This document shows positions 39,434 through 49,988 of a DNA stretch of 64,000 bases, piece after piece (position 1 is the first letter of the stretch; every line of letters begins with the position of its first letter). The translations under genes and the position numbers were made by a program. The stretch covers positions 10,389-74,388 of the forward strand of contig USIO01000001.1 of the NCBI GenBank assembly GCA_900554815.1. The letters are read 5' to 3'. Under the pieces are notes generated by a model, which did no database searches, had not been told where the DNA came from, and worked only from the letters and a program-made list of their open reading frames with translations. Source of the DNA: an uncultured Clostridium sp. (GTDB lineage: Bacteria > Bacillota > Clostridia > TANB77 > CAG-508).

Positions 39434-41162
39434 CTTCATCCCCTTTCTTTTGAGATTCATATACTTCTTTGTATATTTCATTTGTTTCTAATAATTCTTT
39501 TGATGTTCCAACTCCATTTATTTTGCCATCATCTAAAACTATTATTCTATCTGCGTCTTCTACTGATGTTATTCTTTGAGCTATTATTATTTTAGTTGTA
39601 TTTGGTATTTCTTCCCTAAACGCCTTTCTAATTAGTGCATCTGTTTTGGTATCTACAGCAGATGTTGAGTCATCTAATATTAATATTTTTGGTTTTTTGA
39701 GTAGTGCTCTTGCTATACAAAGCCTTTGTTTTTGCCCTCCAGATACATTTGTTCCCCCTTGGTCTAATATTGTGTCGTATTTATCTGGAAATTCTTGTAT
39801 AAATTGGTCTGCTTGTGCAAGTTTGCATGCTTTAATTATTTCTTCATCTGTGGCTTCTTTATTTCCCCATTTTAGGTTTTCTTTTATTGTTCCAGAAAAT
39901 AATACATTTTTTTGTAATACAACTGCAACTTCATTTCTCAACGTCTCTATGTCATAGTCCCTTACATCTATTCCTCCTACTTTAATTGAACCTTTTGTTA
40001 CATCATATAGTCTTGGAATTAAATTTGCTATTGTTGATTTAGAACTTCCTGTTGCCCCTATTATTCCTATAGTTTCTCCTGGTTTTATATCTATATTTAT
40101 ATCAACTAAAGGAAGTTCGTCTTCTGCCTTTGCATCATCATATTGGAATGACACATTTTCAAATTTTATCGAACCATCCTTTACTTCCTTTACTGGGTTT
40201 TCTTTATTTTTAATTGTGCTTTCTTCGTCTAGTACTTTAATAATTCTTTCTGCAGATGATTTAGCTATTATTATCATTACAAATACAAATGACAACATCA
40301 TTAAACTAGATAATATTTGCCATGCATATGTTATTATACTAGATAATTCTCCTGTTTGCATGGTATTACCAACTATCATTTTTGCACCTATCCAAGAAAG
40401 AAGTAAAATACAAGTATATATTGTAAGTTGCATTGCAGGTCCGTTAAAAGCGACCACTTTTTCAGCTTTTTTAAATAAGTCATATACTCTACCATTTACT
40501 TCTTCAAATTTTTGTTCTTCATGGTCTTCTCTGTTATATGATTTTACAACTCTAATTGCATTTAAATTCTCGCCAACTACTCTATTTAGTACATCATATT
40601 TTTTAAATACTTTTTCAAAATATGGATGTGCTTTTGTTGCTATAAAAAATAATGCTACTGATAAAATTGGCATGGTAAATACAAATATTAATGCTAATTT
40701 GCTATTAATGTTAAATGCCATTACTAATGCAAATATAAGCATTATTGGTGCTCTAACAAGTATACGAATTATCATTTGAAATGCCATTTGCACATTAGTT
40801 ACATCTGTTGTAAGTCTTGTTACTAAACTTGATGTTGAAAATTTATCTATATTTGTAAATGAATAATTTTGTATATTATAAAACATTCCTTGTCTTAAAT
40901 TTTTTGCAAATCCTGATGATGCTTTTGCAGCAAATCTTCCAGATAATACTCCGAATGTTAATGATAAAAAGGCAGATAATACTAAAATAGAACCTATTTT
41001 TAGTATATAATTCAAGTCTCCATTTTGTACACCAATATCTATTATTTTTGCCATTAGATATGGTATTATTACCTCCATTACAACTTCAAGAATAACAAAT
41101 AAGGGTGTTAATACAGAATCTTTTTTATATTGTTTTATATATTTTGAAAGTTTTTTTATCAT
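39405..41162 (-). CDS. ABC exporter (fused permease/ATPase), partner of the downstream subunit
   Basis: Six TM helices plus GATGSSKST, VSGGQKQR and ILILDDSTS. Confidence 0.93.
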   Translation of the reverse strand: MIKKLSKYIKQYKKDSVLTPLFVILEVVMEVIIPYLMAKIIDIGVQNGDLNYILKIGSILVLSAFLSLTFGVLSGRFAAKASSGFAKNLRQGMFYNIQNYSFTNIDKFSTSSLVTRLTTDVTNVQMAFQMIIRILVRAPIMLIFALVMAFNINSKLALIFVFTMPILSVALFFIATKAHPYFEKVFKKYDVLNRVVGENLNAIRVVKSYNREDHEEQKFEEVNGRVYDLFKKAEKVVAFNGPAMQLTIYTCILLLSWIGAKMIVGNTMQTGELSSIITYAWQILSSLMMLSFVFVMIIIAKSSAERIIKVLDEESTIKNKENPVKEVKDGSIKFENVSFQYDDAKAEDELPLVDINIDIKPGETIGIIGATGSSKSTIANLIPRLYDVTKGSIKVGGIDVRDYDIETLRNEVAVVLQKNVLFSGTIKENLKWGNKEATDEEIIKACKLAQADQFIQEFPDKYDTILDQGGTNVSGGQKQRLCIARALLKKPKILILDDSTSAVDTKTDALIRKAFREEIPNTTKIIIAQRITSVEDADRIIVLDDGKINGVGTSKELLETNEIYKEVYESQKKGDEDDGTETRKE

Positions 41163-41166
41163 TATT

Positions 41167-41601
41167 TTACATTCTCCTTTCTAAATTTTTTGCCATTTTT
41201 TTAGTTAACTCTAAATATTTTTTTATTTCTTCATTTGTTAATTCAGCTTGCATTTTCTTTTCCATGTTTTTAATACTTTTATCTAGTTTTTTTCTTAATT
41301 CTAAAGCTTTTTTAGTTAGTAATATTTTTCTTAACCTCGCATCAGTTCCTATCATCTCTCTTTTAATTAGTCCTTTTCTTTCCATGTTTTGTAATATTCC
41401 TGCTGAACTTGCTCTTCTTAAATCAAAAACTTTTTCTATGTCTTTTGCAAAGATATCTTTTTTTCTAGATTCTTCATAAATAAATCCAATCATTGCTGAC
41501 TGCACACCTGTTATTCCATATTTTATAACTTCTATATCTGTATTCCTTTTTAGTAGTCTTGACAACATGTGTATGTTTCTACCTAGTTCATAATTACACA
41601 T
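41167..41601 (-). CDS. MarR-family transcriptional regulator
   Basis: wHTH with DLRRASSAGILQNMERKGLIKRE. First gene of the marR-ABC-ABC operon. Confidence 0.85.
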   Translation of the reverse strand: MCNYELGRNIHMLSRLLKRNTDIEVIKYGITGVQSAMIGFIYEESRKKDIFAKDIEKVFDLRRASSAGILQNMERKGLIKREMIGTDARLRKILLTKKALELRKKLDKSIKNMEKKMQAELTNEEIKKYLELTKKMAKNLERRM

Positions 41602-41826
41602 AATATTTACCTTTACAAATAATCAATTGTTAGATACCTAACAATTGATTATTGTAAAACTTTATTTTTTATTTGTCAATACAAATTTTCATATTGTTTA
41701 ATATTGTTTAAAATTTTATATAGTCACATTATAAATTTAGTATTGCTATTTTAAGGTTTATTTTATTAACTAATTTTTATGCTACTATAATAAATTATAT
41801 TTCATACTATAATTATAGCATTAAAA

Positions 41827-41852
41827 AAGCATGCTCTTTATAGAGTATGCTT
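41827..41852. terminator. Bidirectional terminator downstream of the GC-rich orphan
   Basis: 11-bp stem aagcatgctct / agagtatgctt (1 mismatch), flanked by A6 and T6. Confidence 0.6.
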
Positions 41853-41878
41853 TTTTAATAGTTCCAAATTAGGATCTA

Positions 41879-42244
41879 TCATTGGACTGCCTCGTGTTGG
41901 CATACAACATAGGCTAACACGCCTATGTAGTGCCTTGCTGCTTCAAGGCTTTGCTCTTTTGCAAAGTTACTTGCAGAAGAGTAAATAAGGTCTTTCTCCT
42001 CACTGGTGATCCGGTCTCCCAGTTTTATAACGTTACTTGTTTCCTGTACCATCTCTTGAAGAACCATCATGTGCTCTTTTTTGCTTTCTTCTAACAAGAA
42101 GGCTATCTCGTCCTCCTTTATCTCGCGTAATTCATTGTATGCATTACTCATGTTTTTCGAATCAATTATCGCGAACCCCAGCATCGTCAAAAAACCGATT
42201 ATCATTATGATCCCCAAGCAAGCCACGAAACGTTCCGTCCTCAT
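41879..42244 (-). CDS. Orphan membrane-anchored protein encoded by a compositionally foreign (roughly 45-50 percent GC) gene
   Basis: AAGGAGG RBS. N-terminal TM FVACLGIIMIIGFLTMLGFAII. GC content is far above both flanks. Contains an in-frame CGG at 42013..42011. Confidence 0.6.
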   Translation of the reverse strand: MRTERFVACLGIIMIIGFLTMLGFAIIDSKNMSNAYNELREIKEDEIAFLLEESKKEHMMVLQEMVQETSNVIKLGDRITSEEKDLIYSSASNFAKEQSLEAARHYIGVLAYVVCQHEAVQ

Positions 42245-42301
42245 TTTTTTGCCTCCTTATTGGGTTTATATTTATATTATATCACAACTAAGGAAAAAAA
42301 T

Positions 42302-43057
42302 CTACTTTTTGGTCTTTTCGACTGTAATATCCCCAAAATTTATTTTTTGTATTGCTGTTATCTTATTTCTCTTTTCTAATTCAAGTAAACCCGAAAATGC
42401 TGTTACGACTTCATTTTTAGAGCACTTTTTTAATGTAAATAATTGGTTAAAAACAAATTTATGTTTTTTTATTAGTTCTTTTAAAATTTGTTTTACTTTA
42501 CTTGCTACAGTAATATGGTCTATAATGGCTATTTTTTCAATATTTATAGCATTTTGATTCTTTTTTTCTTTGTTTGCTTTTAATATGTTAGCATATAATT
42601 CTGGAATAACTTCCTTTGAATATTTTTTTTCTATTTTTTGCTTAGGTAATTCTATTTTATCTGGCAATTTATATATTCTTTTTGAAAATATTTCTATGTT
42701 TTTCTTAAAGACTTTGCAAATCTCTTTATATTTTTTATATTCTATAATCCTTCTAATTAATTCTTCTTCAGTTAATTCAGATTCGTCTTCAATTTCATTT
42801 GGCAATAAAATTTTCGACTTTATATATACTAAAGTTGAAGCCATTACTAAAAATTCACTTGTTGTTTCAAGTTTTAATTCTTCCATTTTATTAATATAGT
42901 CAATGTATTGATCTGTAATTTCACTTATGTTTACTTTTGTTATATCCATTTTATTTTTGTCTACTAAATGACATAATAAATCTAATGGTCCTTCAAAGTT
43001 TTCTAGTTTTATTTCATATTTATTTGTCTCTAAGCTAAGTACAGTATTCACTGCCAT
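42302..43057 (-). CDS. scpA: Segregation and condensation protein A
   Basis: FEGPLDLLCHLVDKNKMDITKVNISEITDQYIDYI. Confidence 0.9.
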   Translation of the reverse strand: MAVNTVLSLETNKYEIKLENFEGPLDLLCHLVDKNKMDITKVNISEITDQYIDYINKMEELKLETTSEFLVMASTLVYIKSKILLPNEIEDESELTEEELIRRIIEYKKYKEICKVFKKNIEIFSKRIYKLPDKIELPKQKIEKKYSKEVIPELYANILKANKEKKNQNAINIEKIAIIDHITVASKVKQILKELIKKHKFVFNQLFTLKKCSKNEVVTAFSGLLELEKRNKITAIQKINFGDITVEKTKK

Positions 43058-43502
43058 TTTTTACACCTTCTAAAACTATATGAATTGTTTCTTCCATATA
43101 TCCTTTTTTATATAAATAATTTTTAAGTATTTCTAAATCTGTATTTTTTATTTTTTTATTAAATATTTTTTTTGCAGAAGTAATTTCATATTCTAGTAGT
43201 TCGTCTTTATTAGCATATATATAGTCATCCACCAAATCTTGTTGTAATCCCTTAGAAGCTAACTTAAATCTTATTTCTTTTATTGATAAGTTGTTTAAAT
43301 TCATAAACTCATTTATTGCTCTTTTAATGTAATCATTGTCATTAATATAGCCTGCTTGTTTTAAATATTCTATTGCACTTTCTAGAATATTGCTGTCAAC
43401 TGTATTGAATTTTTGTTTTATTTCTTGTTCTGTCCTTTTTTTATATAAAATATATTTTAGTATTTTTGTTTTTAAATTATCAAATTCTTCTGCTGTATAC
43501 AC
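43035..43502 (-). CDS. recX: Regulatory protein RecX
   Basis: Three-helix repeats (..YINDNDYIKRAI.., ..L..KG..). Lies directly downstream of recA. Confidence 0.8.
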   Translation of the reverse strand: MYTAEEFDNLKTKILKYILYKKRTEQEIKQKFNTVDSNILESAIEYLKQAGYINDNDYIKRAINEFMNLNNLSIKEIRFKLASKGLQQDLVDDYIYANKDELLEYEITSAKKIFNKKIKNTDLEILKNYLYKKGYMEETIHIVLEGVKNGSEYCT

Positions 43503-43509
43503 ATTTATT

Positions 43510-44565
43510 CTACTCCTTTATATCTATATCATTATTGTCTATTTCTTCTTCTCCCAAACTTTTTTCAAAAGCAGTATTAAAATTTTCTCTAATTTTTTGT
43601 TCAATTTCATTTAGTAATTTTGGGTTTTCAGCCAAATATTGTTTTACATTTTCTCTGCCTTGTCCTATGCGTTCTCCATTATAACTAAACCATGAGCCAC
43701 TTTTTTCAATAATGTCTAAGTTAACAGCTAAGTCTAAAATGTTTCCTTCCTTAGAAATTCCTTTTCCATAAACAATATCAAATTCAGCTTCTCTAAAAGG
43801 AGGTGCTACTTTATTTTTTATTACTTTTACCTTAGCTCTATTTCCAACTACTTCTCCATCTTGCTTAATGTTTTCTATTTTTCTAATGTCTAGTCTAACA
43901 GAAGCATAAAATTTTAATGCTCTACCTCCAGGAGTTGTTTCCGGATTTCCAAACATAACTCCTACTTTTTCTCGTAGCTGGTTAATAAAAATAATAATAG
44001 ATTTTGATTTATTAATTGCTCCAGCAAGTTTTCTTAATGCTTGTGACATTAGTCTTGCCTGAAGTCCAATATGTGAATCGCCCATATCGCCATCTATTTC
44101 TGCTTTAGGTACAAGCGCTGCCACAGAGTCTACAACAATTACATCAATTGCTCCACTTCTTACTAGGGCTTCTGCAATTTCTAATGCCTGTTCTCCTGTA
44201 TCTGGTTGAGATACAATTAAGTTTTCAATATCTACTCCTAAATGTTTTGCATATACAGGGTCTAGTGCATGTTCAGCATCAATGAAAGCTGCTTCTCCAC
44301 CAAGTTTTTGTGCTTCTGCAACAACATGTAAAGCTAATGTAGTTTTACCAGAAGATTCTGGTCCAAATATTTCTATAATTCTTCCTCTTGGTAATCCACC
44401 AATTCCTAATGCCACATCTAGGCTTAATGCTCCAGTTGAAATTGCTTCTATATTCATAGCCTGAAAATCTCCCAATTTCATTATAGAGCCTTTCCCAAAT
44501 TGCTTTTCAATTTGTCCCATTGCTGCTTCTAATGCTTTCTTTTTTTCTGTATTATCATTACTCAT
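43510..44565 (-). CDS. recA: Recombinase RecA
   Basis: [26 protein letters not shown]. Confidence 0.98.
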   Translation of the reverse strand: MSNDNTEKKKALEAAMGQIEKQFGKGSIMKLGDFQAMNIEAISTGALSLDVALGIGGLPRGRIIEIFGPESSGKTTLALHVVAEAQKLGGEAAFIDAEHALDPVYAKHLGVDIENLIVSQPDTGEQALEIAEALVRSGAIDVIVVDSVAALVPKAEIDGDMGDSHIGLQARLMSQALRKLAGAINKSKSIIIFINQLREKVGVMFGNPETTPGGRALKFYASVRLDIRKIENIKQDGEVVGNRAKVKVIKNKVAPPFREAEFDIVYGKGISKEGNILDLAVNLDIIEKSGSWFSYNGERIGQGRENVKQYLAENPKLLNEIEQKIRENFNTAFEKSLGEEEIDNNDIDIKE

Positions 44566-44581
44566 TTATTTTTCCTCCTCT

Positions 44582-44626
44582 AAACGTTTGTTTGCTATAT
44601 TATATAGTATTAAATTTATTTGTCAA
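44582..44626 (-). promoter_or_regulatory. recA promoter (TTGACA-N16-TATAAT) with an overlapping LexA/Cheo-like box AAAC-N4-GTTT
   Basis: Minus strand TTGACA (44626..44621), TATAAT (44604..44599), and palindrome aaacaaacgttt (44593..44582). Confidence 0.5.
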
Positions 44627-44656
44627 TAGTTTTTTTAATTTTTTTATATTATAACT

Positions 44657-46267
44657 TTAATATTGTCTATACCAGTTTTCAATGTTGTAGAAAATACTAT
44701 AGCAATTAGGTGAAATGTCCCCCATTAAATTTGAACTATAGCAAACTACATTTTTATTAAAATATAAACTAATAAAAGGAATTTCTGATCTATAAATTTC
44801 ATAAACCCTATTATATTTTTCTTTTAATAAATTTTCGTCAGAAATATTATAGACTTCTAATAAAATATTTTTTAATTCTTCATTTGTATAATTAGAGTAA
44901 TTTGTTTCTCCTAAATATGTATTTATATTTGGTGAAAATCCTATATTTGTTCCCATAAGAATCATATCATAGTTTTTGTTTTTTAAATAGTTTTGGTATT
45001 GTGAATTACTTACTTTTCTAACTGTTACATTAATTCCAACAGCAGACAATTGCTCTTTTATATTGTCGGCTACTAAGCACCTTTGTTCATTTGTCGAATT
45101 AACAATTAGTGTAAGATTAGCCCTTATTGTGGTATTATTTATAGTTTTTTGCCACACATTATTTTTTAAGTTCCATCCATTTTCCAATAATATTGTGTTG
45201 ACTTGTTCTGGGTTATACCCCGAACTTGCCGTTTGATTTGTATAAATCCAATTAGAATAATCTAAAGGAAATTCTGCAGTATAGTATTTGTTGTTATAAA
45301 TATTAGAATTTATTGCTGATTTATCAATTGCATATGAAATTGCCCTTCTAATTTCTAAATTAGATAATACATTTGAATTGCAATTTAATGCAATAAAATC
45401 ATATTGTCTCCCTTTAAATTCTTTTTTGTTATATCCCAGTGTTCCTATGTACTCTTCAAAATTATTATTGTCAGTATAAACTAAATCAATGTTTCCTATT
45501 TTAAATGCATTATAGACTTCTCCCATAGAAGAATACAAAAAAACAGAAACTGTATTAATGCCATATTGATTATTTTCCGTTTTATTTATATTGTTCCAAT
45601 AATTTTGGTTTTTTTTCAGAACTATTTCTTCTTGTTCATGTGAAGATATTTTGTACTTTCCTGTTCCTACTGGATTTTGATTTTTAGAAGTTGTTGCAAA
45701 GTCTTGGTTTAAATAATAGTTTTCTGACAAGATTGGAAAAGTTAAATTATATTCAAAAAAAGGAATGTTTGATGTTAATGTAAATTTTATTGTGTATTCA
45801 TCAATAATTTCTACATTTAAAACATTTTTTAAATTATTTTTATAAATAGATGATATGCTTTCATCTTTAATTTTATCTACTGTAAATTTTACATCCTTTG
45901 CTGTGAATTTATTTCCATCATGAAATTTTACATTTTCTCTTAATTTAATTAAATAGGCATTATTATCAATCATGGACCATTCGCTTGCAAGGCATCCTTC
46001 TGCTTTATATTCTTTACTAATGGTTATTAATGGTTCATAAATTAATTTCGATATTTCTTGTACGTTTTTATTATTACTCAATATAGGGTTTAAAGTATCA
46101 AACTCAGCAATGCCTAGTCTTAAGTCATTTATAATTTGTGGTTCAATGTCTGTTTGCGGTATAGAAGAATCTTCTTTACCTTTGTTAAAGTATAAAATAT
46201 AAATGGAAAATATAACTAATCCTATAATGAATAATCCAAATAAAATTTTAGGTAAATTGCTTTTCAT
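44657..46267 (-). CDS. ABC transporter substrate-binding protein, family 5 (peptide/nickel type); orphan with no adjacent permease
   Basis: SBP_bac_5-like features (GTGKYK, repeated aromatic/N-rich core) and an N-terminal TM/signal anchor. Start moved to ATG 46267. Confidence 0.75.
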   Translation of the reverse strand: MKSNLPKILFGLFIIGLVIFSIYILYFNKGKEDSSIPQTDIEPQIINDLRLGIAEFDTLNPILSNNKNVQEISKLIYEPLITISKEYKAEGCLASEWSMIDNNAYLIKLRENVKFHDGNKFTAKDVKFTVDKIKDESISSIYKNNLKNVLNVEIIDEYTIKFTLTSNIPFFEYNLTFPILSENYYLNQDFATTSKNQNPVGTGKYKISSHEQEEIVLKKNQNYWNNINKTENNQYGINTVSVFLYSSMGEVYNAFKIGNIDLVYTDNNNFEEYIGTLGYNKKEFKGRQYDFIALNCNSNVLSNLEIRRAISYAIDKSAINSNIYNNKYYTAEFPLDYSNWIYTNQTASSGYNPEQVNTILLENGWNLKNNVWQKTINNTTIRANLTLIVNSTNEQRCLVADNIKEQLSAVGINVTVRKVSNSQYQNYLKNKNYDMILMGTNIGFSPNINTYLGETNYSNYTNEELKNILLEVYNISDENLLKEKYNRVYEIYRSEIPFISLYFNKNVVCYSSNLMGDISPNCYSIFYNIENWYRQY

Positions 46268-46373
46268 TGTTTTTGCCTTTCTATATATTTTTTGATTTAA
46301 AATACATAATGGGTTAATCTTCATGATAAATATATTATAAAATAGTTGTTTTTTCAATAGTAAACCACAAAAA

Positions 46374-46394
46374 AGGCAGAAATAAATATTCTGC
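46374..46394 (-). terminator. spoVS terminator
   Basis: Stem ggcagaa / ttctgcc, followed by TTTTTT on the minus strand. Confidence 0.6.
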
Positions 46395-46419
46395 CCCCAC
46401 TTAATTTATTTTTTGCTTA

Positions 46420-46683
46420 TTACTTCCTTGATTCTACAATTAATTTTATACCAGTTCTATCTTCTCCTTCCACTTCTACTTCTGCAAAAGCTGGTATACA
46501 TACTAGGTCAACTCCCGCTGGTGCTACAAATCCTCTTGCAATTGCTACTGCTTTTACAGCTTGATTCAATGCTCCTGCTCCAATAGCTTGCATTTCTGCT
46601 TTGTTCGATTCTTTTACCAAACCTGCGATTGCTCCTGCTACTGAATTTGGGTTTGATTTTGATGAAATTTTTAAAACATCCAT
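46420..46683 (-). CDS. spoVS: Stage V sporulation protein S
   Basis: MDVLKISSKSNPNSVAGAIAG...AIGAGALNQAVKAVAIARGF. Confidence 0.95.
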   Translation of the reverse strand: MDVLKISSKSNPNSVAGAIAGLVKESNKAEMQAIGAGALNQAVKAVAIARGFVAPAGVDLVCIPAFAEVEVEGEDRTGIKLIVESRK

Positions 46684-46877
46684 TTTTTTGCCTCCTAAAA
46701 TATATTTTTTTGTTTCATTAGTAACAGATATATTTATAATATATTTTAATTATATTGTCTAGTATTTTTGGTAAAAAAAGGAAACATTTCATCGCGCAAT
46801 ATGCATGTTTTTCGCCATATTTCTTATTTAATTTGCAAATTACTTTAATTTTCTATCTTTGTATACAATATATGATT

Positions 46878-47646
46878 TTAAATAATTACTCTTTTTATGT
46901 TTATTGCTTTATTTGTTATGTCATCAATTTCAAATATGCATCCATTAAAAATCCCTTCGTCTTTTGCTACTTTATATTTTTCTGGTAATAAAGTTAAAAA
47001 TCTTTTAATAGAAACTTCACAATTCATACCAATAACTGATTTTTTTGGTCCTGTCATTCCTATGTCTGTTATATAAGCTGTACCATTATCCAAAATTTTA
47101 TTATCTGCTGTTTGAACATGTGTATGTGTTCCGAAAAACTATAGAGACTTTTCCATCTAAGAAATATCCCATAGCTATTTTTTCTGCTGTTGCTTCTGCA
47201 TGAAAATCAATTAAAATAATATCAATTTTTTTAATTTTAGTTATTATTTTTTCTACTATTATAAAGGGATTATCAGATAAAACATTCATATTTGTTCTGC
47301 CAATTAAATTAATAACACATATTTTCTTTCCATTACATTCATATATTCCATATCGGTTTCCTGGTGTTTTAGCAGAATAATTAGCTGGTACCAAAAGTTG
47401 TTTATGTTGAATAAAGCTAAAAATATCTTTTTTCCCCCAGGTATGATTACCCATTGTAATTACATTAACTCCTAATGATAATAGTTCGTCAAATATATTT
47501 TTTGTTATTCCCATTCCATCAGCTGAATTTTCTCCATTTGCAATTATAAAATTTATTTTCTCATCTTCCTTTAATTTAGGTAGTATTTCTTTTACTTTTT
47601 TTAGTCCACAGTCTCCAACAATATCTCCAATTACTAAAATTTTCAT
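46878..47646 (-). pseudogene. ymdB: 2',3'-cyclic-nucleotide 2'-phosphodiesterase YmdB (metallophosphoesterase); frame broken once at an in-frame CGG (47133..47131)
   Basis: MKILVIGDIVG, NGENSA, GNHTW, DFHAEATAEK...DGKVSIVF. Then the +1 frame reads [29 protein letters not shown]... to the stop at 46878. Confidence 0.92.
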
Positions 47647-47731
47647 ATTGAATTTCATTCCTTTCTTTATTAGCTTATTTTATATTGTATCAAACATCTT
47701 TTTCTTTTTCAACGATTTTGTGCCAAATAAA

Positions 47732-47751
47732 AGAACGCATCTTTGCGTTCT
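47732..47751 (-). terminator. Hairpin immediately after the rny stop
   Basis: Stem agaacgca / tgcgttct with a T-run on the minus strand. Possibly a partial terminator, since ymdB follows. Confidence 0.5.
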
Positions 47752-47753
47752 TT

Positions 47754-49316
47754 TTATTTGGCATACTCTATAGCTCTTGTCTCTCTAATTACATTAACTT
47801 TTATTTGTCCTGGATATTCCATTTCGTCTTCTACTTTTTTTGCTACATCTCTTGCCATAATTACCATTTCATCATCTGAAATTTTATCTGGCTTAACAAT
47901 TAGTCTTACCTCTCTGCCAGCTTGGATTGCAAAAGATTTTTCAACTCCTTCAAATGAATCTGCAATTTCTTCCAATTTTTCTAGTCTTTTAATATATGTT
48001 TCTAATGTTTCTCTCCTTGCTCCAGGTCTTGATGCAGATATTGCGTCAGCTGCTTGTATTAAAACAGCCTCTATTGTTTTAGGTTCTACGTCCCCATGGT
48101 GTGCTTGTACAGCATTAATTATTAATTCATTTTCTTTAAATTTTCGTAACACTTCAACACCAATTTCAACATGTGTCCCTTCCATATCGTGGTCTAGTGC
48201 TTTACCAATGTCATGCAATAATCCTGCACGTCTGGCAATTTTAGGATCAACACCTATTTCTTCTGCCATGATTCTTGCTAAATTTGAAACTTCTATAGAA
48301 TGATTTAAAACATTTTGTCCATAACTTGTTCTATATTTTAATTTTCCAATTAGTTTAACTAAATCTGAATGTAAGTTGTTTACCCCCGTTTCTAGCATTG
48401 CTCTTTCGCCTTCTGCTTTAATAGAAGCTTCTACTTCTTCTTTTGCCTTTTCAACCATTTCTTCTATTTTTGCTGGATGAATTCTGCCATCTTCAATTAA
48501 TTTTTCCAAAGCAATTTTAGCAACTTCTCTTCTTAGTGGATCAAATCCAGATAATATAACTGCTTCTGGTGTATCATCAATAATTAAGTCAATTCCTGTT
48601 AAAGTTTCTAAAGCTTTTATGTTTCTTCCTTCTCTACCTATAATTCTACCTTTCATGTCGTCATTTGGTAAAGCCACCACAGAAACTGTAGTCTCAGAAG
48701 TATGGTCAGCAGCGCATTTTTGAATAGCAAATCCTATAATTTCTTTTGCATTTTTAATGGCTTCTTCTTTAGCCTTTGCATCTAATTCTCTTATTAGTGC
48801 AGCTTTTTCACTAGAAATTTGTTTGTTTAATTCAGTTAATATCTGTTTTTTTGCTTCTTCTTTAGTTAAACCAGAAATTCTCTGCAATTCCTCCATCTGT
48901 TTATTAATTAAATTGTCTAGTTCGTTTTTTCCTTCATCTAATTCTTGATGTTTTTTCTCTAATTCTTTTTCTCTTCTTTCAAAAGAATCGTTTCTTCTTT
49001 CTAATGCTTCTTCTTTTTGAATAATTCTCTTTTCTTGTAATGCAACTTCGCCTCTTCTTTCTTTAATCTCCTTATCTAATTCGTTTCTCGCTTGGATTAT
49101 CTCCTCTTTGGCTTTGAATATTTCTTCTTTTTTTCTATTTTCAGCCTCCTTATTTGCATTTTCTAATAACCTTTTAGCCTCATTTTCTGCGCTTTCAATC
49201 TTAGATTCTGCAATTTTTTTTCTTAAGATGAACCCTATTGGTATCATAATTGCTGTTGAGATAAGAAAGGTGGCTATTATAATTAAGATTTCATTTTCTA
49301 GCATAATGTTTTCCAC
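47754..49316 (-). CDS. rny: Ribonuclease Y
   Basis: N-terminal TM helix, coiled coil, KH domain ([11 protein letters not shown]) and HD domain (LLHDIGK). Confidence 0.97.
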   Translation of the reverse strand: MENIMLENEILIIIATFLISTAIMIPIGFILRKKIAESKIESAENEAKRLLENANKEAENRKKEEIFKAKEEIIQARNELDKEIKERRGEVALQEKRIIQKEEALERRNDSFERREKELEKKHQELDEGKNELDNLINKQMEELQRISGLTKEEAKKQILTELNKQISSEKAALIRELDAKAKEEAIKNAKEIIGFAIQKCAADHTSETTVSVVALPNDDMKGRIIGREGRNIKALETLTGIDLIIDDTPEAVILSGFDPLRREVAKIALEKLIEDGRIHPAKIEEMVEKAKEEVEASIKAEGERAMLETGVNNLHSDLVKLIGKLKYRTSYGQNVLNHSIEVSNLARIMAEEIGVDPKIARRAGLLHDIGKALDHDMEGTHVEIGVEVLRKFKENELIINAVQAHHGDVEPKTIEAVLIQAADAISASRPGARRETLETYIKRLEKLEEIADSFEGVEKSFAIQAGREVRLIVKPDKISDDEMVIMARDVAKKVEDEMEYPGQIKVNVIRETRAIEYAK

Positions 49317-49453
49317 TCCTTCTATATTTAATTTTCAATGTACAAAATATATAATATAAACTTGTTATTTAATATATTTCTACTTACTATTTTATTTTAT
49401 CTTTATTATGGTTAACTGTCAAGGGGGTAGAATTAATATTTTTTTCTTAAAAT

Positions 49454-49981
49454 TTATTTATTTTGCTTAAAGCTTAAGTACCATGCTATTCCATTATGGT
49501 TTTTTATAATATTTTCTTTTTCTTCTAGCAGTTCTTCAAAATTAGTTGGTGAAGGAATAATAATAGGCTCTCCTTTTTTCCAATTAGCTGGAATCGAAGC
49601 TTCATTGCTGTCTGCAATTTGTAATGCTTCTAAACATCTTAATATTTCTGGTATGCACCTTCCTATATTCATTGGATATATTAATATTAATCTTACAACT
49701 CCTTTGTCATCAATAATAAATACATTTCTTACTGTTTCAGTATTACTTACACTAGAGGAAATCATTCCATATTTTCTTGCTAGTTGACCATTTCTATCTG
49801 CAATAATTGGAAAAGGAACTCTAACTCCTGTTTTTAAAAAAATATCATATATCCATGCTAAATGTGACCAGTTACTATCAACACTTATTCCTATTAATTT
49901 ACAATTCAATTTTTCAAAATATGTATTAGCTTTTGAAAATGCAATAATTTCGGTTGTACATACGGGGGTGAAGTCCCAATG
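49454..49981 (-). pseudogene. Peroxiredoxin (Prx6/1-Cys-like), 5'-truncated by insertion of the mobile element
   Basis: The frame opens at ..WDFTPVCTTEIIAFS (peroxidatic Cys motif) with a stop immediately upstream (49984..49982). About 40-45 N-terminal codons are missing. Confidence 0.85.
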
Positions 49982-49988
49982 TTAGAAA

